Origin: a virus
Lineage: Duplodnaviria; Heunggongvirae; Uroviricota; Caudoviricetes
Length of the DNA: 64,000 nt
IMG/VR virus record: IMGVR_UViG_3300008261_001827
Location: 44,894 to 108,893 of that record
Strand: one strand, 5' to 3'
This document shows positions 44,576 to 53,615 of the stretch, piece after piece. How positions within the stretch are numbered: position 1 is the stretch's first letter; every line of letters starts with the position of its first letter. The position numbers and the translations under genes are program-made. The notes below the pieces were generated by a model. The model was not told the DNA's origin. It was given only the letters and a program-made list of their open reading frames with translations, and ran no database searches.

Positions 44576-45856
44576 TTAGAATAGATCTTCTTCCGTGAAT
44601 GCTTTTGTCTTCTTAGAATACGCAGTGCTGCGCTTAACAAAGAAGTCAACGTTCTTAGTGCTAAGTATTTCTTCGACGAACCAGTCCGTGCTCTTTACAG
44701 CAGCAGTGTCTGTTTCAAAAATTCCTTTGAGGTCGATCGCGACTAGCGACTGATTAAAGCGGTGCTTAAGGAATTCTTTTACTGTTTCTTTTGGAAGGAA
44801 GTCAAGGTCGCTATCACCATAGATCCAGTCTACGATCATTGCTTCAGCTTTGTATGCTTCCTTGCACAGACGATTGATCTCTGCAATCGTATCTTTGTTC
44901 CACCAGTCTGGATTCTCTGATTTTATAATGTTCACCAACTCAAAACCAAAACGGGCGTGAATGTCTTCTTCCTTTGACGTAGCCTCGACTGCGTTCGAGA
45001 TACCCTTAAGAACGTTCTTATGCTTATTGAAAGCCATCATGATCAAGAACTGCGAGAATAGAGAAACGTTTTCAACAAACATAGAGAATAGAATAATATT
45101 GTGGAAGTAATCCTTATCGTCTACTGGGTTCTGTAGCGACTGTTCGAGATACGAGATACGCTTCTTCATTGCTGGTACGTCAACGATCTTTTCGAACTCT
45201 TCGTTCAGACCCATGATCTCAAGAAGGTTGGAGTATGCGTCTGCGTGGCGAACTTCAGACTCAGCAAAGGTGGCTCCGACACCCTGAACTTCAGGCTTCT
45301 TTAATCTGTCACCGACTCTACCCCAGAAGGTTTTGACTTGAACTTCGATCTGAGAGATAGCAAGCATTGCCTTCTTTACGATGTCTGCTTCTTCGGGTGT
45401 CATACGAACCTTCATATCTTGGATATCAGAAGAATAGTTGAATTCTGTATGAACCCAATACGAGTGGCGAATTGCTTCGAGGTATTCAATAAGCTGAGGG
45501 TATTCGTATGGCTTTAGATTTGTTCTCTTACGAAAGATATTAGGCATGTTATTATAACGATATAGAATATACTCACGAGCAAGATCGTGAAGACCCATAT
45601 CCATGATCACATTCTCTACAGTTCTATGAATGGTATCTACACTTACAACCACGTCATTTAGCGTGTCGCTGTTTAACTTATCAGCAACCTCTAAAGAAAC
45701 TTCTTCAGGAATAGTCTTACTTCGTATTCCAACCGATTTCATAGCCTTTGAAACTGCGGTGGCGATCTTGTTCCTATCAAAGTTTTCGGTTGAACCGTCT
45801 CTCTTTGAAACGTAGCTCACCATCTTTTTTGATTCACTGTTTGAAACGTCAAGCAT
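44576..45856 (-). CDS. nrdB: Ribonucleotide reductase beta subunit with N-terminal ATP-cone fusion
   Basis: 426 aa. N-terminal VSKRDGSTENFDRNKIATAVSKA is an ATP-cone signature. Downstream ferritin-like NrdB motifs (FVENVSLFSQFL, EEDIHARFG). Confidence 0.8.
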   Translation of the reverse strand: MLDVSNSESKKMVSYVSKRDGSTENFDRNKIATAVSKAMKSVGIRSKTIPEEVSLEVADKLNSDTLNDVVVSVDTIHRTVENVIMDMGLHDLAREYILYRYNNMPNIFRKRTNLKPYEYPQLIEYLEAIRHSYWVHTEFNYSSDIQDMKVRMTPEEADIVKKAMLAISQIEVQVKTFWGRVGDRLKKPEVQGVGATFAESEVRHADAYSNLLEIMGLNEEFEKIVDVPAMKKRISYLEQSLQNPVDDKDYFHNIILFSMFVENVSLFSQFLIMMAFNKHKNVLKGISNAVEATSKEEDIHARFGFELVNIIKSENPDWWNKDTIAEINRLCKEAYKAEAMIVDWIYGDSDLDFLPKETVKEFLKHRFNQSLVAIDLKGIFETDTAAVKSTDWFVEEILSTKNVDFFVKRSTAYSKKTKAFTEEDLF

Positions 45857-46012
45857 GCGTAGATACCTCTTATATTATTGGTGAAAATGGTTCAAGACCC
45901 CACGAATGGAGTTTTTCATATACATATATTGTGGATTTTAATCTGTCTTAGTCAACATGTAATATTTATTTGAGTTCGAAGATCTTTTTGAAGTTATATA
46001 CAAAAGTTTACC

Positions 46013-46900
46013 TCAAACAGCCATATTGGCTTTGATTGTTTCATGGTGTTTATAGTCAATGAGTTTGAACATTGAAGCATCGTCAATATTAAAGAATCCG
46101 CTAAGACCATTCTCCAGATTGAAGCTTTCGTCGATTTCTAGTGTCGGTAGCGAATACTCTTCTCTGCTCAGTTGTTCTCTCACTTGTTCGAAATGATTGC
46201 TATAGATATGAGCATCACCGATAGTATGGACATAGTTGCCAGCTTCAAGACCTGTCTCGCGTGCGAGAATATGAGTAAGAAGCGCATAAGAGGCAATATT
46301 AAACGGAACGCCGAGGAACGCATCTGCAGATCTCTGATACATTTGGCAACTCAGACGTCCGTTGAGTACACGAAACTGGGCGAATGTATGACAGGGAGGG
46401 AGAGCCATTGCGGCTGTCTGTAGAGGGTTCCATGCCGAAAGGATAATTCTTCTTGAGTCGGGATTATTTCGTATCTGTTTGATAACTTCGACGATTTGGT
46501 CGCAGTGTTGGTTGTTGAAGTTGCGCCATTGCGAACCGTAGACTGGGCCAAGGTCTTTGGTGAACTCATTGTTGATGTATCCAAGAGCCTTGCCTTGAGC
46601 GTCGGCGTTTGCCGTCCAAATTGTTGATTTTCCGACCAGATCGACTCTGTGTTTGCCATAAGTAATCTCTGCAAGACGTCGTTCATCGGTACCTCCTTCT
46701 AAGAACCAAAGCAGTTCACCGACGACTGCTTTCCATGCAAGTTTTTTAGTAGTGACAGCAGGGAAACCTTTCGAAAGATCGAAACGCATTTGGTAACCAA
46801 AGATGGATCGAGTTCCAACACCAGTACGATCACTTACGTCTTCACCGTGTTCTAGGATATCTTCAAGTAGTTTATGATACTGTTTCATTTTCTCATCCAC
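46013..46900 (-). CDS. td: Thymidylate synthase
   Basis: PPCHTFAQFRV...QRSADAFLGVPFNIASYALL active-site region. 295 aa. Confidence 0.9.
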   Translation of the reverse strand: MDEKMKQYHKLLEDILEHGEDVSDRTGVGTRSIFGYQMRFDLSKGFPAVTTKKLAWKAVVGELLWFLEGGTDERRLAEITYGKHRVDLVGKSTIWTANADAQGKALGYINNEFTKDLGPVYGSQWRNFNNQHCDQIVEVIKQIRNNPDSRRIILSAWNPLQTAAMALPPCHTFAQFRVLNGRLSCQMYQRSADAFLGVPFNIASYALLTHILARETGLEAGNYVHTIGDAHIYSNHFEQVREQLSREEYSLPTLEIDESFNLENGLSGFFNIDDASMFKLIDYKHHETIKANMAV

Positions 46901-47376
46901 TTTGTTACGATACCAAAACTTAAAACTTCTACAGTTCCCATATGAAATTGTTCTGTGATCTTTTGTTTAGGAAGAAAAGTGTCACAGTTATAAACTCCTC
47001 CAACGTCATTAAGCCAGAGTTCATCTATAATAGGTAAGCAACTTTCTAATAATGTTGCTCCACCGATGATCCACTTATCTCCACCCGATATGTATGGCAA
47101 TACTTGTACAATTCCATTTATATTCATTACAGAATCTGCACCTGGAAAATGAGATAGATCTTTGGTAGAACATACAATGTTTTTTCTATTAGGAAGAGGT
47201 TTCACAGGTAAACTTTCCCAAGTCTTACGACCCATAACTACAGTGCCACCTTCGGTGCATTCTTTAAACCATTTTAGATCTTCTTTATTCTTTGGCCAAG
47301 GTAAGTCTCCATCCTTACCTATTCCCCAAAAAGAATCGTGCGCGAGTATCGCTCTTACTGTCATACTTTTCTCCAT
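46885..47376 (-). CDS. frd: Dihydrofolate reductase
   Basis: N-terminal RAILAHDSFWGIGKDGDLPW motif. 163 aa. Adjacent to td as in T4. Confidence 0.8.
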   Translation of the reverse strand: MEKSMTVRAILAHDSFWGIGKDGDLPWPKNKEDLKWFKECTEGGTVVMGRKTWESLPVKPLPNRKNIVCSTKDLSHFPGADSVMNINGIVQVLPYISGGDKWIIGGATLLESCLPIIDELWLNDVGGVYNCDTFLPKQKITEQFHMGTVEVLSFGIVTKWMRK

Positions 47377-48380
47377 GAAGCAAGCTTTAGATCCGCTTGC
47401 AATCCCTTATACGTGTTCTCTCGAATGACTTCTTCTACGTTATGCATGCCACTGAGTACCATCTCATTAATGTCCTTGCCAGGCACGTTAGAGGGCCATA
47501 TACACACTCGATAACCGGTTTTAATCAGCCGCTCAATTCTTTTATGGATCTCTTTATTACGAGGCTCGGCGTCAAATACGAATATCGCGTTGTCAGTTCT
47601 ACTAAGACCATTCGCGTTTCCTTCAGCACCTGCCATCGCAACCGCATTAGAAAGAAACAGACTATCAATCGCGCCCTCAACAACAAAGTACGTCTTTTCA
47701 AAATTAACGGTGTCTAGACCAAAGATCTTTTGACGATCCTCGAACATAATAGTGATGTATCGAATACCATTTGGTTCAAAGCCACGAGCAGAGACGCCAA
47801 ACATCTTTCCCTTTTCGTCAAGGAATGGTATCACAAGACGGGGCTCGTCGTTTCCGATCTTTTCAAATTTGTTTGGAATAATGCTATTGATCCAAGTCTT
47901 AAACTTAGGAGCAAAGTACATGCGATAGTGGTGCTGCGGTGGTATTCCTCTCTTCATTACATATCGCTTGAGAGGATGATCTACAGAGAGTTGGCTGATC
48001 TTTTTGAGTTGCTTGAGAGGATCTACATTGAATACAGGTTTCTCAAACTTAGTCTTTTCTAAAGTACTCTTTTCATCTTTCGTAACGTTCTTTACGAACT
48101 TTTCCGCGATGTAGTCATTATAAGCCATTCCATCCATACTCTTCAGGAAGAATGAGAAGGACTGACTCGCTCCGCAGTTGTGGCAATAGAAGTGAAAGGT
48201 GTTGTCTTTCTCAAGAAGCCAACCACGTGCTTTTGAACGTGACTTCTGAGAATCACCACAGACAGGACATCTGAAATTGATCTTATATGGATTTGTTGAT
48301 CGAACTTTAAAGTGATCTAACCGACTTGCAAGCATAGTCGCATACTGAAGATCTACGAAATCTACCACTTCGCCTCGCAA
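47361..48380 (-). CDS. gp61: DNA primase (gp61-like; zinc ribbon plus TOPRIM)
   Basis: CPVCGDS..CHNCG zinc ribbon. TOPRIM-like EGAIDSLFL and DAEPRN motifs. 339 aa. Confidence 0.8.
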   Translation of the reverse strand: MRGEVVDFVDLQYATMLASRLDHFKVRSTNPYKINFRCPVCGDSQKSRSKARGWLLEKDNTFHFYCHNCGASQSFSFFLKSMDGMAYNDYIAEKFVKNVTKDEKSTLEKTKFEKPVFNVDPLKQLKKISQLSVDHPLKRYVMKRGIPPQHHYRMYFAPKFKTWINSIIPNKFEKIGNDEPRLVIPFLDEKGKMFGVSARGFEPNGIRYITIMFEDRQKIFGLDTVNFEKTYFVVEGAIDSLFLSNAVAMAGAEGNANGLSRTDNAIFVFDAEPRNKEIHKRIERLIKTGYRVCIWPSNVPGKDINEMVLSGMHNVEEVIRENTYKGLQADLKLASWRKV

Positions 48381-48400
48381 TTGTTACATGATATTGATCT

Positions 48401-48430
48401 AGTATATTACTGACTATATGAAATGTCAAC
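48401..48430 (-). promoter_or_regulatory. Early promoter, divergent family member
   Basis: rc GTTGACATTTCATATAGTCAGTAATATACT. About 20 nt upstream of the primase start. Confidence 0.5.
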
Positions 48431-48893
48431 TGAAAAGTGACATCAGTACATCATATCTGTCCAAAACGAAAACGAGTACTGCTGCAGCACCGAGGATCCA
48501 CCATCTCCAGTTCTCAAGAGCTTGTATTCTTAGATCCTGACTGTCAAGTTTTGCAGTGATCGTATCGTGCATAGTCTTGATAGACTCTAGAACTTCTTTA
48601 TGACGACGTTCTCTCTGTATCTGAGCGTCTTCTCTCATATCTGTTATAGTCTCACGAAGTTCTTTACGATGAATAGCTTCTTCATCTGCGTGTTTAATGA
48701 AAGAGTCTTCGAGGTTCTCTATTCTTCTTTCGGCATTTTCGAGTATCTTTTCCTGAACCGCAGCTATCTTATGTAACTCGGCCATGTCATCAACAGCGTC
48801 GTCAACCTTATTGAATACGCGCTCTATCTGCTTTATGTCTTTCTTAATAAGAGCGACATCGGTCTTTAAGACGTTTACTTCGTTGTCCGTCAT
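48426..48893 (-). CDS. Coiled-coil protein with C-terminal TM anchor (lysis-region membrane protein)
   Basis: 155 aa, long heptad-repeat region, C-terminal WWILGAAAVLVFVL helix. Confidence 0.5.
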   Translation of the reverse strand: MTDNEVNVLKTDVALIKKDIKQIERVFNKVDDAVDDMAELHKIAAVQEKILENAERRIENLEDSFIKHADEEAIHRKELRETITDMREDAQIQRERRHKEVLESIKTMHDTITAKLDSQDLRIQALENWRWWILGAAAVLVFVLDRYDVLMSLFS

Positions 48894-48896
48894 TTG

Positions 48897-49253
48897 TTAG
48901 TCCCATTGCTTTTGGTATATCACAATGATTTCTTTTTGCTGTTGAATATATGCGTTGATGTCACTTAAGTTCAGAGATATGTTTTCGTAATCTTTAACTG
49001 TAAGAGCAAATATAGCCTTATCGCCTTTTAGTTCATTAAAAGTCTCTACTACATTTTCTGGAGTAACTACAATAAACTTAACTTCTCTTAGGTTTAGTTC
49101 ATCCGGGGTTGGAACCGTCGGTTTCGGAGGTTTCACTATTTGTGTCTCCGTTATTATCTTCGGTGGTGGTTCCACTGGTGCTGGGCGTGAGCACGCCGCT
49201 AGCGATAAGACGATCGTAAATCCAAGGACACTCGCTATTAAACGCTCTTGCAT
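48897..49253 (-). CDS. o-spanin-like outer-membrane lipoprotein
   Basis: Lipobox LAAC, Pro-rich mature region. Start lies inside the 3' end of the i-spanin gene (overlapped architecture). Confidence 0.55.
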   Translation of the reverse strand: MQERLIASVLGFTIVLSLAACSRPAPVEPPPKIITETQIVKPPKPTVPTPDELNLREVKFIVVTPENVVETFNELKGDKAIFALTVKDYENISLNLSDINAYIQQQKEIIVIYQKQWD

Positions 49254-49677
49254 TCTTTGCTTCCTTTTCTTTGTCTGTTAAAGCAGCACCAGACTCAAGT
49301 TCAAAGCATCTCATTGTCTTTTCAGCTGCGCTATTTAGTATCTTTTCAACTAGAGCTGGCTTTGCGGCCGCCAAAGCATCGAGCTCGTGTTTACCGAGTC
49401 TATCTCTCAACTCATTATTCTGACGACGGATCGCAGTGAAGCTATTCTGAAGCTCTGCGTAATTTTCTTGGGCTTGTTGATAACTCGACTGAAGATTATT
49501 AATCGTAGCGATGTTTTGCTTATTCACCTGCTCCATCTGCTCAACGTTGGCAGTGAGTATAGCATTATACTGAGTGAGTTGTTCGATCTTGGCCTGAGTG
49601 GAGGTGTAGTAATAATATACACCTCCACTTATCATTGAGGCGGCCATGAACATCGCTATAATAATATAGAGTTTCAT
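49099..49677 (-). CDS. i-spanin-like protein (N-terminal TM plus coiled coil)
   Basis: N-terminal TM helix and a long Q/N-rich coiled coil. 192 aa. Confidence 0.6.
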   Translation of the reverse strand: MKLYIIIAMFMAASMISGGVYYYYTSTQAKIEQLTQYNAILTANVEQMEQVNKQNIATINNLQSSYQQAQENYAELQNSFTAIRRQNNELRDRLGKHELDALAAAKPALVEKILNSAAEKTMRCFELESGAALTDKEKEAKNARAFNSECPWIYDRLIASGVLTPSTSGTTTEDNNGDTNSETSETDGSNPG

Positions 49678-49683
49678 AGAAGA

Positions 49684-49884
49684 TTACTTAGACATCTCTT
49701 CTTCGTCTTCATCCTCGTCTTCGTCCTCATCTTCATCTTCATCATCTTCTTCCTCGTCTTCGTCGTCCATCATTTTTGCTTCGATGGCAAGGGCGATGCG
49801 TGAACGTAGCTCTTCTTCTAGAGCTTCTTTCATTGCGAGAGGATTCTTCTCGACTGAGTGCTTTATAATATCTTGAATAGACAT
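49684..49884 (-). CDS. Small poly-acidic protein
   Basis: 66 aa, C-terminal MDDEDEEEDDEDEDEDEDEDEDEEE run. Confidence 0.45.
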   Translation of the reverse strand: MSIQDIIKHSVEKNPLAMKEALEEELRSRIALAIEAKMMDDEDEEEDDEDEDEDEDEDEDEEEMSK

Positions 49885-49924
49885 GTTTGTCTCCTTGTTT
49901 ATTAGGTTTCTAACCTACTATTTA

Positions 49925-50809
49925 TTACTTGAATAGTTTTGCAAGAGTAGCTGGACCCGCTACACCGTCTGCTTCTAGGCCGTTTTCTCTCTGCCACTTC
50001 TTAAGAGCACCGGCGGTACCAAAGCCAAAGTCTCCATCAGCTGTTAGACCTAGAGCCTGTTGCATTCTCTTAATGTCATCACCTTTCATTCCGCGTGTAA
50101 GTGTTCTCTGCGCAGCCTTTGCCGGTGCAGCTGCCGCTGCTGGTTTTGCTTGTTCCTTAACGACCGCCGGTGCTGCAACACCACCACTTAGTAGGGCCTT
50201 TGCTCTGTTATAGCGAGACTGACGATCATCAAGGCCGATAGTTCCGCCGTTGATTCTTTTAGTCATACCAACAATGTCATCCTTATCAGCAAAAGATGCG
50301 ATGTTATTTGTTTTCCAGAACCAGCACGCAGACTCAAACGCACCCTTTTTGGTTTCTAGATATGCAGCTGCTTCTTCCGCAGACATATCAACCGTCTTTG
50401 CGAAGGCAGTATAGTTATTACGTCCAGTAAGCTGCTTGATACCACGACCGCGGAATCTCCAACCGTCTCCAGCTTGAGTATTACCCATAGCACCCTGCTT
50501 TGAACGGAACTCATCCATGTATACGTAGTTCGCAATCTTCTCTGGGTTCTTTGCGTATTCAGCAGCATTGCGCTTGCCGGCACCGAAGTAACGAGGGAAG
50601 ATCTTGTTTAGAGTCTCTTCACGGTAGTTTAGATTTTCCTCGAGCGCAGTAAAGTCTGCAGACTCGTGAGCGCACTGTGCCATGAAACCAGCAATGCGTA
50701 GTGGTGTAGTTATATCATACTTCTTAAACATGTCAACCGCAATATCGTACCATTCTTTAGACTCTTTGTTCTTAGGTATCATTGCGCTGAATTGCTCTAA
50801 TGTAATCAT
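49925..50809 (-). CDS. Endolysin: GH19-like catalytic domain plus C-terminal peptidoglycan-binding domain
   Basis: RIAGFMAQCAHESADF GH19/COG3179-type motif. C-terminal PG_binding_1-like repeat (LGLTADGDFGFGT...GLEADGVAGPAT). Confidence 0.8.
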   Translation of the reverse strand: MITLEQFSAMIPKNKESKEWYDIAVDMFKKYDITTPLRIAGFMAQCAHESADFTALEENLNYREETLNKIFPRYFGAGKRNAAEYAKNPEKIANYVYMDEFRSKQGAMGNTQAGDGWRFRGRGIKQLTGRNNYTAFAKTVDMSAEEAAAYLETKKGAFESACWFWKTNNIASFADKDDIVGMTKRINGGTIGLDDRQSRYNRAKALLSGGVAAPAVVKEQAKPAAAAAPAKAAQRTLTRGMKGDDIKRMQQALGLTADGDFGFGTAGALKKWQRENGLEADGVAGPATLAKLFK

Positions 50810-51360
50810 ATCTTTGCTCCTATTATATCTCTGAGTCTCTTTGGACCGGTATTCTTCTTTTTATACTTTTTCATTTGAGCAGGTGTTACACCTGGCTCTC
50901 CTTGGGGACCAACACCTAGGCCGGCGATGGCTCCAGACCCAACATTTACTGTTGGTGTTTCTTGCATTTTTCGGTTGACATCTTCTTCTAGACCGGTATA
51001 ATAGCAATAGGTGCTAAAAAATAAATCTAGCGATTCATCAATATGTTGTTCAGAAACAGACTCGTTGAGTAGAGAATCTTCTGAGAAGTGGTTCCATTCA
51101 CGTATGAGCCACAGCGCAGCACTGTATGTTGCTAGCTGTGTAGATCCACCAGGAATTTTTGCAAGAAGCTTCTTGAGCTTCAACACCATGAGATCAAAGA
51201 TTCCAAAAGATTCTTTGTCAGCTCTTGTGTTTCTGTTCTTCTTAGTCTTTAAGATATTACCATCTTTATCAATAACACCTTGCTTGTATGCATCCCATTT
51301 TTCAAATGGAGTAGTAAGTCTACGAATAAAGCTATATACTAGAAAGAGATCGACGATCAT
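50806..51360 (-). CDS. Hypothetical protein
   Basis: 184-aa ORF with overlapping stop/start. Confidence 0.45.
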   Translation of the reverse strand: MIVDLFLVYSFIRRLTTPFEKWDAYKQGVIDKDGNILKTKKNRNTRADKESFGIFDLMVLKLKKLLAKIPGGSTQLATYSAALWLIREWNHFSEDSLLNESVSEQHIDESLDLFFSTYCYYTGLEEDVNRKMQETPTVNVGSGAIAGLGVGPQGEPGVTPAQMKKYKKKNTGPKRLRDIIGAKI

Positions 51361-51362
51361 TG

Positions 51363-51737
51363 TTAGATGCCTTTGAGTGTTTCTTCAATTACTTGATCAG
51401 ACTTAATATGTCTACTATGTATTCTTTCATTTTCGTATTCTATATATGCAGGCATAAAGTTTAAGTATTCTACGAATGGTTTTAAGTATTCGTGATACTC
51501 ATCCAACTTCATGAACAACATATTTGTTGCATCAACTCCGAAACAATTGTATAGAATGATCAAGTGGTTGAGAATCAACCTTTCCTTGAGATCTCCTGTC
51601 TGCTTATATCGACTAAAGAGCTTTCTTAAGTATTGAAATCTTTTTAGGTCTTCTTCAAATTCTACTATGTCTGAACAATGCGGATTGTCATAATGTTTTG
51701 CAGCGTAGAGAAGAAAGGTTGATTCTCCTAACTTCAT
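51363..51737 (-). CDS. Hypothetical protein
   Basis: 124-aa ORF. Confidence 0.45.
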   Translation of the reverse strand: MKLGESTFLLYAAKHYDNPHCSDIVEFEEDLKRFQYLRKLFSRYKQTGDLKERLILNHLIILYNCFGVDATNMLFMKLDEYHEYLKPFVEYLNFMPAYIEYENERIHSRHIKSDQVIEETLKGI

Positions 51738-51740
51738 TTA

Positions 51741-52046
51741 TTAGCTGTCTGCCACCGTAGAGTCATCGCCAGCTCCAGTAACACCCGCGTCACCTGCCGC
51801 GCCAGCAGTCACTTTCATAACAACCAACGGCTCTGCCTTGTGACGAGTAACACCGTTTTGATTTACATATGTGTGATATAGGTTCCAGCCCGGAGTTCCT
51901 AACCCTTTAGCTTTGTTTGCAGTGACCTGAGCTTCCGTTACGTCTACGAAAAACGCATTATCACGGTCGTTTGATTTATTTGGATCGCTAGCATTGAGCC
52001 ATTTAGGTACAGATGCTAGGGCGTCGGTTTTTCCCCAAAGTGCCAT
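51741..52046 (-). CDS. Hypothetical protein
   Basis: 101 aa. SD AAGGAG. Confidence 0.45.
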   Translation of the reverse strand: MALWGKTDALASVPKWLNASDPNKSNDRDNAFFVDVTEAQVTANKAKGLGTPGWNLYHTYVNQNGVTRHKAEPLVVMKVTAGAAGDAGVTGAGDDSTVADS

Positions 52047-52047
52047 T

Positions 52048-52197
52048 TTATTTCTCCTTGTGATTGAGTTTTAGTTCTTCATTATATTTCTTATTTAACT
52101 CAATATTCGTATTCATTTGTATTTCGTATGGATCGAAGTTATTTATGATATCTTGAACAAGTCTTTCGTTAAAGATCCTCATAAACAGCTTTATCAT
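52048..52197 (-). CDS. Small hypothetical protein (not in ORF track)
   Basis: 49-aa ORF, ATGA-coupled to the upstream gene. Confidence 0.35.
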   Translation of the reverse strand: MIKLFMRIFNERLVQDIINNFDPYEIQMNTNIELNKKYNEELKLNHKEK

Positions 52198-53045
52198 TTC
52201 TTTGTTTCTAGATGCTTCTTTGCGTCCGCTTCTGTATCGAATTCCTTGTAGTACTTACGATCCAGTGTATGAACTGCGTACTTTGCTTTCTTTGGAAACT
52301 TGTTGTAGACTTTAGTTACACGAAGATCTGAAGCTTCATCTAGTTCAGCTTCTTCTTTTGTAGCAAGAACTTTTGCTCTACCGGTCTGCTTAGCGAATGC
52401 TAGGTCACGACCAAACTTACGCTTACGATACTTATCGGAGCCATCGTCACCAGATGGTTGATCTGCGAATGCTTTCTGGCGATATGCGTCCAACTTCTTA
52501 TCAGAGACTTCGTCTAGCTCTACTGATTCTTTACGATTGTATACATATACATCGTGATGAGCCGCGTCTGCTTTTTGGATACGCTGATGCGAATGTCCGC
52601 CTGATTTTCCCGAAACGTCGCTATTTACACGTTTGCCATCTTTATATTGTGCGCTAGGTGCATCCTTAGAATACTTATGTGCATTAGGATTGTCTTTACC
52701 TAAACGACCCTGCAGCACAACCCGCTTACCGGTACCTTTTACAGACTGTTTAAGATCCGCCAATTTCTTTTCGGATGCAGCATCACCAGGTTTGTGAGTA
52801 AATTGATATGAGGAACTCTTGCGTTCTTCATCAAGTTCTGCTTCTTCTTTTCTCATTCCAGCTTCACGTTCAGCGCCAAGCTTAGCAGCAATAGCCATCT
52901 GCTGACGCTTCTTCTGAGACTTACCTTTAAATTGTGGAGCGTCCGAGTCTTGGAAGTCTTTTACCCAATCACCCATATCATCGGATGCTTTGAGTTTTTC
53001 TTCGAGCTCGATCGATTCTTGAATAAATTTAGAAAAGCGCTTCAT
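52194..53045 (-). CDS. Putative capsid-targeted internal protein with ELDE repeat junctions
   Basis: N-terminus MKRFSKFIQESIE. Three [AV]ELDE-[EVA]S repeats homologous to the modules of the 771-aa protein. Late promoter 29 nt upstream. Confidence 0.6.
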   Translation of the reverse strand: MKRFSKFIQESIELEEKLKASDDMGDWVKDFQDSDAPQFKGKSQKKRQQMAIAAKLGAEREAGMRKEEAELDEERKSSSYQFTHKPGDAASEKKLADLKQSVKGTGKRVVLQGRLGKDNPNAHKYSKDAPSAQYKDGKRVNSDVSGKSGGHSHQRIQKADAAHHDVYVYNRKESVELDEVSDKKLDAYRQKAFADQPSGDDGSDKYRKRKFGRDLAFAKQTGRAKVLATKEEAELDEASDLRVTKVYNKFPKKAKYAVHTLDRKYYKEFDTEADAKKHLETKK

Positions 53046-53073
53046 GGTTTCCTCTTGGTGAAAATCTGTTTAA

Positions 53074-53081
53074 TCTATTTA
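53074..53081 (-). promoter_or_regulatory. T4-type late promoter (TATAAATA on minus strand)
   Basis: Forward tatttata, 29 nt upstream of the 53045 ATG, with SD AAGAGGA in between. Confidence 0.5.
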
Positions 53082-53090
53082 TAAAAGTGT

Positions 53091-53615
53091 TTACCACTTT
53101 ACCTTGTCAGCCCAGTATGCAGCAGACATCTTACCCTTTGCAATGTTCTTTCCGTGGCGAGCTTTGAACGACTTTCTCTTCATCTTCATTCTCTCAGACT
53201 CGCCTTCTTTAGGATCGCCTGCCGTCTCTGCGCCCTGTTGACCGAAACGAATCGTCTTTACCTGATTGCCGTCCTTGGCGACCACGATATGACTCTTTTC
53301 TGGATGACTAGGAGTTGCTTTTGGTTTATTAAAACCTTGGACGCCAGCTCTCTCGATACGTGGATCTTTTTCTTCATCGAGATCAGCTTCTTCTTTAAGA
53401 CGCCCTGATTTGGTTCCATGATCGAAGTGTCCACGATTGTTACCTTGCTTGTCTTTAGCAATCTGGTATTTTGTCATTTCGCCGGATGGGTGTGTCATTG
53501 ATTTAACAACTAGTCCACGAGCCTTTGCTGAACTTTCCCATTCGGAAGCATTTTTAAATAGACCACCAACGTTTTCATCTATCTTAGCTTCTACGAACTG
53601 CTTGAAACTCTTCAT
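53091..53615 (-). CDS. Putative capsid-targeted internal protein (basic)
   Basis: N-terminus MKSFKQFVEAKIDE. 174 aa, Lys/Gly-rich. Contains an EADLDEE junction. Confidence 0.55.
   Translation of the reverse strand: MKSFKQFVEAKIDENVGGLFKNASEWESSAKARGLVVKSMTHPSGEMTKYQIAKDKQGNNRGHFDHGTKSGRLKEEADLDEEKDPRIERAGVQGFNKPKATPSHPEKSHIVVAKDGNQVKTIRFGQQGAETAGDPKEGESERMKMKRKSFKARHGKNIAKGKMSAAYWADKVKW

Noticed and set aside
46351-46686. 111-aa alternative-frame ORF inside thyA
   Set aside because: Nested shadow frame of a highly conserved thymidylate synthase gene.
12551-48430. Repeated 30-bp element considered as a CRISPR array or MITE
   Set aside because: Copies are 0.4-10 kb apart with no regular spacing. 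Each sits 20-38 nt upstream of a start codon and reads as a -35/-10 promoter. There are no flanking inverted repeats or target-site duplications.
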